The notes beneath the pieces were generated by a model. It saw only the letters and a list, made by a program, of their open reading frames with translations, did no database searches and had not been told where the DNA came from. Shown piece by piece: positions 26,581 through 38,087 of a DNA stretch of 64,000 nt. Position numbers and translations under genes: made by a program. The first letter of the stretch is position 1. Every line of letters begins with the position of its first letter. Where the stretch lies: positions 93,496,001 to 93,560,000 of the forward strand of contig OZ024744.1 of assembly GCA_964016885.1 (NCBI GenBank), read 5' to 3'. This DNA comes from Eledone cirrhosa (lineage: Eukaryota).

Positions 26581-29188
26581 TACTTGATGACTTTGACAAT
26601 AAGGAAGAGCAATTAGAGACGTGCAATATAGAGGAATAGTGGCAATTCTTGAAAGTGAACCTGCTGAAAGCAATGGATGAAATCTGTGGCTGGAGCAGAC
26701 CTATTGGCAGGAGGAGAGTAACTTGGTGGTGGAACAGTAAGGTAGAAGAGACAATCAAGGCCAAAAAGCAAGCTTGGAAAGTATGGCAGGATGGGGGAAG
26801 TAGAGAGCACTATCAAGTGGCCAGGAGAGAAGCTAGGAGACAAGTGTACCTTGCAAAAAGGGAAGCAGAGGAAAGAAATTCAAGCATGTTCTACAACGTG
26901 AGGACCAAAAACGCGAGGTGTTCAGGATTGCTAGACAATGTGTCAAGGAAAACAGTGATATTGTCGGGGAGAAGTGTGTCCGTAATGATAACAGTGTACT
27001 TGCCCTCACTGATGCTGATAAGAAGATAGCCTGGGAGTGTCACTACGAGAGACTATTAAATGAGAATAAGTGGGAAAAAGATAGTCTGCCCCAAATCGAT
27101 CCAATAGAAGGACCAGCAGTGCAAGTTAAAGGTAGTATAATAAGTAAGGCAATCAAAGATATGAAGACAGGCAACGCAGCTGGGCCTTCGGAGATAGTTG
27201 CTGAGATGTTGAAGGCATCTGGTATGGTGGGACACACTATGGTCACCCGTATAGTTAACCAAGTAATACAGAATAGGGTCATACCAAAAGACTGGCATAG
27301 CAGCATCATCATTAACTGCTACAAGGGTAAAGGAGATGCTCTAGATAGAGGAAACTATAGAGGCATTAAGTTAGTTGACCAGGTCATGAAGGTCACAGAA
27401 AGAGTTATAGCGCAACTAATCAGAGAGCGAATTGATCTAGATGAAATGCAGTTTGGGTTTGTGTCAGGTAAAAGTACCACAGACGCTCTTTTCCTTGTAC
27501 GACAACTACAGGAGAAGTACCTAGCTAAAAGTAAACCCCTCTACTTAGCTTTTGTAGACCAGGAAAACGTCTTTAACAGAGTCCCCTGCTCCATTATCTG
27601 GTGGGCTCTTAGAAAACTAGGTGTAGATGAATGGCTTGTGAGAGCTATACAAGCCATGTATAATGAAACAGTCAGTAAGGTTAGAATTAACAATGAATAT
27701 TGTGAAGAATTTTGTGTAAAAGTTGGTGTTCACCAAGGCTCTGTCCTTAGCCCCCTCCTATTTATTATTGCCCTTCAGGCTATAACAGAGGAGTTCAAGA
27801 CCGGCTGCCCATGGGAACTCCTATATGCAGATGATCTAACGCTCATAGCTGAATCAATGGCCGAGCTAGAGAAGAAATTCCAGACATGGAAGCATGGCCT
27901 AGAATCAAATGGTCTTAAAGTTAACTTGTCTAAGACTAAAGTCCTAGTTTGTAGAAAGGAAAATAAGGCACAGGTACTCTCAGGGAAATGGCCTAGCTCA
28001 GTGTGTAGGAAAGGAGTAGGCATAAATTCAATTTTATGTCCCAAAGACAAAGTATGGGTACATAAAAGATGTAGTGGGATCACAGGTAAACTATCTAAGA
28101 ACGTAGACTTTATATGTGGCCGATGCACAGGTGCAATAGGTAGCAAGTGTCCACAGGATACTAGCCCCTTCTATTGCCCAGATGGTTCTATAGAAATAGT
28201 AGACACTTTTCGTTACCTGGGTGACGAAATGAGCAGTGGTGGAGGGTGTTCTGAAAGCCAGAGTCAGAACAGGATGGAAAAAGTTCAGAGAACTTATACC
28301 GCTGTTGGTCACAAAAAGTTTCTCTCTAAAAATTAAAGGCAGATTGTATGATGCTTGTATACGAACAGCAATGCAAAAATGGCAGTGAGACATGGGCATT
28401 ACGTGCAGAGGCCCTGCGTAGACTGGAAAGGAACGAAACATGCATGCTCCGTTGGATGTGTGATAGTAATATATGTGAACGGCAAAGCATAAATGAACTA
28501 AGTGAGAAATTAGAAATAAGAGGGATCAGATGCTGTTTACTCAAGAGAAGACTACGTTGGTATGGCTACGTGATGCGCATGAAAGACGACAGCTCTATAT
28601 AAAAGTGCAGTGCGATCAAAATTGATGGTAGTTACGGAGTAGGTAGACCCAGAAATACCTGGGACGATCTGATAAATTCCGACCTTACACACTTGCACCT
28701 CTCTAAGACAATGTCACTGGACTAAGATCTTTGGCGCTACGCAGTAATACAGAAGACCCGCCTTGCCTATGTACAAAGCGAAACCTACAGTCAGTAGGCA
28801 CCTCTTAACCAAATATACACCCCAATCCACTACCCCTACCCTATCCTCCCACCCCCACCAACACCACCCTCTCTCTGTAAAGTTGGTACCACAACATCCA
28901 GTCCAAATAAATGAGATAATGAGATCGAGATCGTGTAGCTGTCACGAGAAAAAACAGACAGTCCACGCTGTAATGTAGCCGTGTAGGTAACACGGTAAAA
29001 AGTTCCCAGTTCCACACTGGAAATGTGGTTGGTGTTAGGAAGGGCATCCAGCCGTAGAAAACCTGCCAGATAGTCCTATATGAGCGAGACACGGTCACCC
29101 GACCAACCTTGCCTCAAGTGGGACAACTCCCGTCTAACCCATGCTAGCGTGGAAAATGGACGTTAAATGAAGATGATGATGATGATGA
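26581..29188 (+). mobile_element. 5'-truncated RTE LINE (family C), frameshifted
   Basis: ORFs 26649-27029, 26918-28336 and 28348-28602 join into a linker plus RT; 3' UTR ends in (GAT)n at about 29170-29188. Confidence 0.93.
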
Positions 29189-29409
29189 CATATATATTAA
29201 AATAACAGATTAAAGTTTAAGCAACGAATTGTTGCTTTCTGAAACTAAAAAAATCAATCTGTGAACACAGAAGTAAATATTTCGAAAAACGCTACACACA
29301 CTATATATACATACACACACACACGCAGCGCCATAATGTGTAATGCAGACAGATATTATAAGGGCGCAACGTTATATCTATGTATCTATCTAAAAAGAAA
29401 GACTAAGAA

Positions 29410-29580
29410 TTATGGAGAGAGATCGCTAAATCGCCTAATGTGGTCCCTAGGGCATTGAAAATTCTCAAAACACTCACAGGACCATAAATATTACATGTGT
29501 AAAGTTTAAAAACAATCGGTTGGGTGGTTCTCGAGTTTTAGGTAGCTGACAGACAGACAGACATTCTCTGTTTTAGATAT
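29410..29580 (-). mobile_element. Helitron 5'-end fragment
   Basis: Similar to the reverse complement of 62200-62370 (AAACTTTACACATGTAATA, CTGTGAGTGTTTTGAG, CCTAGGGA). Confidence 0.6.
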
Positions 29581-29636
29581 TTAAATAAAGGCTTATGTCA
29601 TTTTCTAAATTGTTTCAATTATTTATTAATACACAG

Positions 29637-29786
29637 GAGGTCCATATTCTGTATTTGCTGGCCACGATGCTTCCAGGGCTTTAGCGTGTTTCTCTGTGTC
29701 TGCTATCAAAGATGGCTATGATGATCTCAGTGACCTAACATCCAGTGAAATGAACCAAATACATGAATGGGAAATGCAATTGACCG
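29637..29786 (+). CDS. PGRMC: Internal coding exon of membrane-associated progesterone receptor component (PGRMC/MAPR family, cytochrome b5-like heme-binding domain)
   Basis: AG acceptor at 29635-29636 and GT donor at 29787; 150 nt, phase 1-1; translates GPYSVFAGHDASRALACFSVSAIKDGYDDLSDLTSSEMNQIHEWEMQLT, aligning with vertebrate PGRMC1 GPYGVFAGRDASRGLATF...KDEYDDLSDLT...WESQFT. Confidence 0.95.
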
Positions 29787-30772
29787 GTAATATTTTACAG
29801 TTAATTTATTCTGTTTTACTAATGTTACCTTCTTCTTTAAGATGTCTTAGCCAACACTTTTATTTACTGTATTTCTAATGAAAAACACTGCATAACCATT
29901 TAGCTATGCTGTATTCACACGGTGCATGCTTGTATTCCCTTGTGTGCCTCAAGCAGCAGGTTGAGCTGGTGCTTATCCCGATTTCATACCTGTTATCCTC
30001 CCTCCTTACACATTCACACATGTATATCATGACTCATACACTGTTACCTGAGCACTGTACCCAATAATTTCATTATTATTATTAAGACTTCCCCACTGGA
30101 CAGGATGCCAGTCCATCGCTGGGTTAAACCCCCAGCTCTTGCTGGTACTCATTTCAGCTGAGTATACTGGAGCAACGTGAAATGAAGTGTCTTGCTCAAG
30201 AACAAAACATGCAACCCAGTTCAGGAATCGAAAATTGAACCCACAACATTACAATCGTAAATCCTACACCCTAACCACTAGGCCATGTGCCTTCACACAG
30301 TGAGGATAGTGAAATCATGAAATTAAAATTGCTTAAAATTTACAACATATTTCTTTCCCACTTCCCAAAATCATCCATCTAAGATTATGTAAAGTTAAAC
30401 AGTTCACTTAATATTCTATCTTATTTCTCTCACATAAGATACACTAAGGCAACGGTTTGTCTTACTAGCCCCATAACAGGCTTCATATACATCATGGGGT
30501 CCTTTTTGAGGCAATGTTTTACAGCCAGATGGCCTTCCTACCTCTTAGGACATGCAAGGATATGGCGTACCTATCCTAAACTGGATACACACAGCATCTC
30601 TCTCATATTTCTTTTTCCTCAACATTCACTCTTCTCTCTTCTCTTTTATTCACCTCCTCTCTCCTTTACTTCATCTATTTTATTACTTGCATTGTATCCA
30701 GTTTAAAAAAAGTTACACCATGTCCCTGTATGTCATAATTTTCTTTTATGCAATTATTATTTACATTATTTT

Positions 30773-31105
30773 GGGATTGGCAGTATCGGTAGAGAGTCGG
30801 ACACCATGCTTTGAAGCATAGAGTTACGTCCCTTTATGATCTGAGTTCAAATCTCGCCAAGGTTAACTTTGCCTTTCATCCTTACGGGGTCGATAAAATA
30901 AAGTACCAGTAATGCACTGGGTAATTGCTGGCCTTGTGCCTAAAGTAGAAACAATTATTTACATTATTTTTTTTTGCCAAGGTTAACTTTGCCTTTCATC
31001 CTTGTGGGGTCAATAAAATAAAGTACCAGTAATGCACTGGCAGCAATTTAATTAACTTACTCCTTCCCCTAAAATTGTTGGCCTTGTGCCTAAATCAGAA
31101 ACCAT
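30773..31105 (+). mobile_element. tRNA-derived SINE (dominant family), one full and one partial copy
   Basis: GATTGGCAGTATCGGTAGAG (A-box-like), GAGTTCAAATC (B box), GTTAACTTTGCCTTTCATCCTTACGGGGTCGATAAAATAAAGTACCAG body, (ATT)n tail; more than 15 related copies in the window, e.g. 40910-41205, 52202-52690, 53460-53650, 58783-58968, 59750-60170, 61180-61375. Confidence 0.85.
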
Positions 31106-32039
31106 TAATTTTTCTAGAATTATGTTTATATTATTTTGTTTATATTATTAAAACTGATAAGATTGTTGAATTAATTTTATATATATTCTTCATTATTAAT
31201 TTAACACCTTGCAATGATGTTTTCATTAATAAGAAATTTAACCCTTTTGATACTAAACCACATAATACTGCCCCTCGTTCTATGACACAAAACTGTTTGT
31301 CTTTATCTAAAAACCTTCTCTCATAATTTTATGTAAGGACATTTGTTAAATCCCAGCTTAATAATCAGAAAGTTAGTTATATTACGGAATCCCTCCAAAT
31401 TTTTGTTTACTTTCAAAATGACTTGAAAATTATGGGCAGTGTCTTTCAATAGAAATCATCATTATCGTCATTTAACATCCATTTTCCACACTAACGTGGT
31501 AACGAAAGGGTTAAAGAGTTTATATTTATCTAAAAGCCTTCGATCATAATTTTATGAAAAAACCTTTGATATGTTAAAAACAACAGCTTAATAATTAGAA
31601 AGCTAGTTATATTACTAAATCCCTCCAAATTCATAAGTATTTTCAAAATGATTTTCAAATTATATGCAGTGTCTTTCATTAGAAATACTGTAATGAAAGG
31701 GTTAAATATTTATCTAAAAACCTTCAATCATAATTTTATGTAAAAACCCTTATGTTCAAAACAACGATGCTTAACTCTTTAGCATTTAAACCGACTGTAT
31801 CCAGCCAGAATTCTCTCACTGCTTTCTGTTCAAACCAACTGTAAGCGGCCACTCATACTGCTGTTAAGGTATTGTTCTCAAAATAGATAATATCAAAATC
31901 TCATAGATTCAATATTATGTGAGATATCTCTGTGAGGTAAAGCCTTTACCACAAAAATATAATAGTATATATATATATATATATATATATCAGTTATAAA
32001 TATTTACTAGTTGTAACCCAACAATTTTAAATATAACTT

Positions 32040-32079
<40 letters not shown>

Positions 32080-32142
32080 AATGTAAATGTTAAAGGTTTA
32101 AACATCTGATAATTATATTTTTGTTTGTTTATTTATTTGTAG

Positions 32143-32249
32143 ATGAATATACATTGGTTGGTAGATTATTACAACCCGGACAACGGCCAATAGACTACAC
32201 CGATTCCGAAGAGGAGACTCATGATGATGACAAGTTAAAAGATACATAG
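32143..32249 (+). CDS. PGRMC: Terminal coding exon of PGRMC
   Basis: T-rich tract plus TAG acceptor ending at 32142; phase-compatible with the previous exon; (D)EYTLVGRLLQPGQRPIDYTDSEEETHDDDKLKDT*, compare PGRMC1 [23 protein letters not shown]. Confidence 0.93.
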
Positions 32250-32288
32250 CCAATTTTGGTGGTTTAATAGGAAAAAATCTTAAATGAC

Positions 32289-32470
32289 AATAATTGTTTC
32301 TACTTTAGGCACAAGGCCAGCAATTACCCAGTGCATTACTGGTAGTTTTTTTTTATCAACCCCGTAAGGATGAAAGGCAAAGTCAACCTCGGCGGAATTT
32401 GAACTCAGATGGTAAAGGGACGTAACTATGCTGGAAAGCATGGCGTCCGACCCTCTACCGATACTGCCAA
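32289..32470 (-). mobile_element. SINE of the dominant family in the PGRMC 3' UTR
   Basis: Reverse complement of 30773-30958, starting about 40 nt after the stop codon. Confidence 0.85.
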
Positions 32471-34136
32471 AATGATTCTTCATTTGAAATGAAAAAAAAA
32501 ACTGGCTGTTTAAATATTGGTTAAATGTGTTCTATTTGCTGTATTTTCTAACAACTTTAATGGGGTTTTTTTAATTGATTGTTTGTTTGTTTGTTTTTTT
32601 TTTGTTTTTTTTTTTCCATTTTGTATTTCGTGACATTTGTGTCACATGATTTTTTGATGTCACATACATGACGTGACATTTTTGTGTCACATACATGATT
32701 AGAAATCCCTTTTTCGCTTTTTCTTTAAAATATGATTTTTTTTTTTTTTTTTTTCATGAAATAGATTCCTCCTCCTACCACTCCTCCTCCTACCATGATT
32801 TGCTTTCTCTCTTTTTTTTTTTTTTTTTTTTCTTTGTATTTAGTATGTTGAAAATTATATTTTTGTATGAAACTATTTTTATGATGAAAATGTTGCAGTT
32901 TTATTTTACAACACACAAAACCAAATATTGAATACTTCATGTTCCATTCAACTAATTTTTTTTTTTTTTTTTTCTCTGGAAAGCGGATTATGACAGAAAA
33001 GAAAAAGTAATAACAAGTAAATGGAGTAATGTTTTCATAATCCAATCCAACCAGGACACCCAACTGGTAAATCTATGCTGCCATGTTTTGTGAAAATACT
33101 ATTTTCGAATATAATAAGGAAGTGTATATAAATGCATATACTATATGTTTATATACAATAAACATATGACAGCCTTGCAATCAAAGAAAAGGAAAATATA
33201 TTCTTTCTTTATGAAAAAATTATTTTTCTCTTTTGCACTGTGAACAAACATGCCACAAATATCTCAACTGCAGTCAAGTCAAGGCTCCTATATGTTTATT
33301 TTATTGTATATAAACATATAGTACAAGCTTTCATATACACCTCACTCCCATCCCCACTGTTACGCTTAACACTGTCTTAGTGCTACTACTAGTTAATTTG
33401 GTAATCGTTAATGTAAACGTTTCCATATAAAGTTGTTCGGATTTTTTTTAAAATAATTATTTGTTCATTCAGTTTGTATTAAGTCCTTTAGCATTTAAAT
33501 TAGCCATTTGGTCTGGGTTTAACACTTATATAATTTCTTTTTTTTTTTTTTGTTTCGTTTTTTGGTGGGGTTTCCAGAAATTCTTAATTCTAACATTATC
33601 TAAGACAGTTACTGGTAACATAAGAATTGTGGTCACATTATGTATAAAAGATTCTAATTGGATGGGAGGACCCATAAAGTCTTGGAGTTTGTCCTTTTAC
33701 AAATTATTGGATTAAAGGATGACAAATTAAAAAAGCTATTGTTATGATCATACATAAACAAAATTTCATATATAGTTTCCTCTCTGTTTATACATACACA
33801 CACATATATAAACACACATACACACAAATATGTATATAATAGAAAGAACGAGGAATTTTTGTTTACATATGAAAAATATTTATTGTGTATCAACCTGTTA
33901 CGATGTGCATTTCGCATCACCAGTCTGAGGAGCAGATTGATACTGGAGTCAGGTCCATAACTCCTTTGGGTGACCTTGAGCCAATCCTCTGCAAAAGGCA
34001 CGTAACAGGTTGATACACAATAAATATTTTTCATATGTAAACGAAACTTCCACATTTTTTTCTATTATATACACTCTGTCAATGCATAGAGTGCTTGCTT
34101 TGGTATCAACACCAGTATGTCACTGTACTACCTACT

Positions 34137-34173
<37 letters not shown>

Positions 34174-34779
34174 AATATATATATACACACACGTATATAT
34201 AATATATATATCTGCGAGGAATTACGACTGGTAGATAATATCAGCAACGGAAAGAACAATGGAAACATTGTTCCCTTGGTCCGATTTGACAAGGTCCACC
34301 CCACTCGGTAACCGAATGCGGTCTGGGATCTTGTCAATCGATCAGAGCGAGTGAGTGCAATATATATATAATCATTGTTTAACGTCCAACTTCCACACTA
34401 GCATGGGTTAGACGGTTTTGTTCTATTTGATACGGGGAATGGTCTGGAGACCGTGTCTTCTTGCTCGTACAGAAGTGTCTCCCAGGCAGGTTTTTTACAG
34501 CTGGATGTCCTTCCTAACACCAACCACATTTACAGTGTGGACTGGGAGCCTTTTCACCATGTCTCCTATATGACCAGTTTACAGTGAGAATTGGGTGTTT
34601 TTAGTTGTCACCTACACAGTAGACGGAAATGGGGTAGGTATGGTGTGTGGGGTGGGAGTGTATATTGGGTTAAGAGGTGCCTACTGACTGTACAATTTCT
34701 TAAAATTAGAAATCACCTGTTGGTCCATGGGCTGCAAGATATGGGGTGGTGTTGGGTGAAAGGTACAGAATGTTTAATA

Positions 34780-34950
34780 ATTAAAATTCGTCCAGGATAT
34801 CATCTTCAAGGATAGGAGGGTGAGCAGGAGTATTATCGAGGACGAGGAGAGCCTTGAGAGGAAGATCATTCTCCAGAAGGTACTTTTTCACTGCTGGTCC
34901 AAAGACAAGGTTGACCCTCTAGGTGAAGAATTGCTTGGTGACCCAGGTCA
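34780..34950 (-). mobile_element. Tigger/pogo transposase fragment
   Basis: Minus strand reads VNLVFGPAVKKYLLENDLPLKALLVLDNTPAHPPILEDDI, the LL.LDN.P.HP region around the second catalytic Asp of DDE_1 transposases. Confidence 0.75.
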
Positions 34951-36131
34951 AGTCAAGAAAGACTAGGAAAGCTAATTGTTCAGAAGTTGTTGATTTAAAC
35001 ATAATTCTCACTGTCCTGTAAAATATGGAACAACCAAGTGTAGTTCCTCATGAAATGAAATATTTAATCATGTAGGTGATGGAAGACCTAACTTGATAAA
35101 TGTAGCTCCCTCTGTTATCTACAAAATATTAACTTTCACTTTAACATGAAATAATTGCTACACAAGATATAATTAGATTGATTAGAGTTATAATTAAGAT
35201 AGCAGGTATGTGGTGTCGTTGTCAATCAATGTTTGTTTCCCTTTCCGGTTTGTGACCAGTATGTAAATATATATATGTATACACACACATATACAATTAT
35301 ACATATATATATATATAAAATCATCATCATTTTTAGATCTGTTTTTCCATGCTTGCATGGGTTGGACAGGTCCTTTTTAGCACAGCATCTCTTCACTCAT
35401 CGCATTCCTTCCTAGTCTCCTCTGTGAGTTTCAGTGATTTGAGATAGTTCTCACAACCTCTGCCCAGGTCTCTAGTTCTTTTATGGTTTCAGATCATCTG
35501 CTTAGTGAAGTTCCCATGAACAGCTGGTCTTAGACTGCTCTGTTATGGCTTGGAGAACTATAATGAACAACAGTGGACTGAGAACCATAACCTGATGGAC
35601 TCTGACGTATTTAAAAAGAAATAATTAAAAGGGGAGAAACCCTGATCAATGATTACAATTAAATACATGGTGAAAATTAAATGAAATTGTGATGGTCAGT
35701 TTGGTTTGACCATCTAGATATTTGTTGAAGATAAAAATTAATGTTTATGGTGGTGGTGTCGGTAGTTGTAGGGCGGGGGGGAGGCAATGTCCACTGTTGT
35801 TTGTTTCTATGAGTAATTTTTTTTATGGCTCTGGTAGTTTATTTATGTAATTTTGTCTTCACCACTTGAGTCATTGAATTTGTTTCCAGTGAGTTTTATT
35901 AGGATCTTCTGACATTTTTATTCTTTTATTTTTTTGAAGAGAAATAAAATAAAGGATTATGTTGGAGAAAGAATTTTGTGGGTGGTATTTAGGCAGAGGC
36001 ATAACTAGGGAAAATAGCATCTAGTCTAACACACATATAATTATATACTCCCCTAAATTGAAATTTTGGCAAATAACTATATGTATCACCTATCCTCCCC
36101 TTTTTTTCTCTTTCTCGATACGTAAATATTG

Positions 36132-36177
<46 letters not shown>

Positions 36178-36850
36178 TTGACGAAACAATGTTGTCTCTG
36201 ATTGAGACAAAGCAACTGTGGATTTGAATACATATAAATATTATTTATTTATGTTCATACATGGAACAAAGGTGTACATATATACGTACTTTCATTACAT
36301 TCTGCTATCTCCTCACCATGTTTTCCAAATGAAAACCCTTTTATAATTCCTTCCTCAGATATGTATCTCTTTGGAGCCTTCTTCTTACCTACAACTTTCC
36401 TTGAAACACTAATCAATAACAATTCTAAATTAATATCAACATTATTAATTTCACCTCTTTAGAATAGTCTAAAAACTGTTTAAATATTTACACGCACATA
36501 CTCACTCACACACTCTCAAACACTCTTTTTCTCTCTTTGACACATTCACACTCTCATTCACACATACACTATCTCTCTCTCTATATGTATAGAGAGAGAT
36601 ATAGATATATATGTTTATCCCGGGTTCAATCGGAGGTAACCACAATAAATAAGGTACTCAATACATAGCAGAGTATAAATATTTAATATAGAAATGGCTT
36701 CTACAGACTAGAACTGTTTCATTCAGGAGAAATCACCAGGAAACCAATTGTCCAAATAATGTGGTGGTCCAAATAAGGTCATTGGTTGATGGATTTAAAG
36801 AAAAGGGAATTCTTTAAAAACTATATTTAGAGAACAAAGGCAGAAAGAAT

Positions 36851-37467
36851 TCAAGCTAAGTGTCTGTAGATAGATTCACACTGGGGGACCACTCCTGAAC
36901 AAGCTAAGTGTCTGTAGATAGATTCACACTGGGGGACCACTCCTGAACAAGCTAAGTGTCTGTAGATAGGTTTACACTGGGGGACCACTCCTGAACAAGC
37001 TAAGTGTCTGTAGATAGGTTTACACTGGGGGACCACTTCTGAACAAGCTAAGTGTCTGTAGATAGGTTTACACTGGGGGACCACTTCTGAACAAGCTAAG
37101 TGTCTGTAGATAGGTTTACACTGGGGGACCACTTCTGAACAAGCTAAGTGTCTGTAGATAGGTTTACACTGGGGGACCACTTCTGAACAAGCTAAGTATC
37201 TGTAGATAGGTTCACACTGGGGGACCACTTCTGAACAAGCTAAGTATCTGTAGATAGGTTTACACTGGGGGACCACTTCTGAACAAGCTAAGTGTCTGTA
37301 GATAGGTTTACACTGGGGGACCACTTCTGAACAAGCTAAGTGTCTGTAGATAGGTTTACACTGGGGGACCACTCCTGAACAAGCTAAGTATCTGTAGATA
37401 GGTTCACACTGGGGGACCACTTCTGAACAAGCTAAGTATCTGTAGATAGGTTCACACTGGGGGACCA
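36851..37467. repeat. 48-bp minisatellite (about 13 copies), unrelated to the RTE-derived arrays
   Basis: Unit GAACAAGCTAAGT(G/A)TCTGTAGATAGGTT(T/C)ACACTGGGGGACCACT(T/C)CT. Confidence 0.95.
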
Positions 37468-37587
37468 CGCCCGAATTTTAAGGTTCACTTTAGCTAACAA
37501 TGGTTATTTATTTTTGGCTCTACTGAAATAGTCACCTGCCTACAATCACACACACATATGCCCTCACTTCCACACACAAACACACTC

Positions 37588-37635
<48 letters not shown>

Positions 37636-37867
37636 ATATATACATATACATGTATATATATATATACATATACATATATATATATATATATATACACATG
37701 AAAAGGCCTTGGGCGCGCCGTTGATTAAGCACCGAAACATCTTGATCTCGGTTTTACAGCTGATGAAGGATTTCTTTTCTTCTCTTGTTTTGTCCATACT
37801 ACCATCTTAAACTACATATATATACACACACACACACACATACGTACATACACACGCACCCACATGC

Positions 37868-37912
<45 letters not shown>

Positions 37913-38087
37913 TATATATATAAATACTCATAGAATATTTAAGTATCGGGTGAGAGAAGAAGAGATAAGCGATACATATATTTAGTTGCCAATAGCTTGT
38001 GCATATGTGATCAATACTTGTGCTTACAGGGTTAAATATTAGAAGCGTTAATATCTAGCGGGCGAGAATATAAGCAGAACGGTTACA

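Noticed and set aside
36851-37468. 205-aa Cys-containing repeat ORF
   Set aside because: It coincides exactly with the 48-bp array, has a non-ATG start and no unique flanking coding sequence; an exon cannot be fully excluded without RNA data.
37720-37775. CCGAAAC...CTGATGAAGG, hammerhead-like words
   Set aside because: I could not build consistent stems I-III in any topology.
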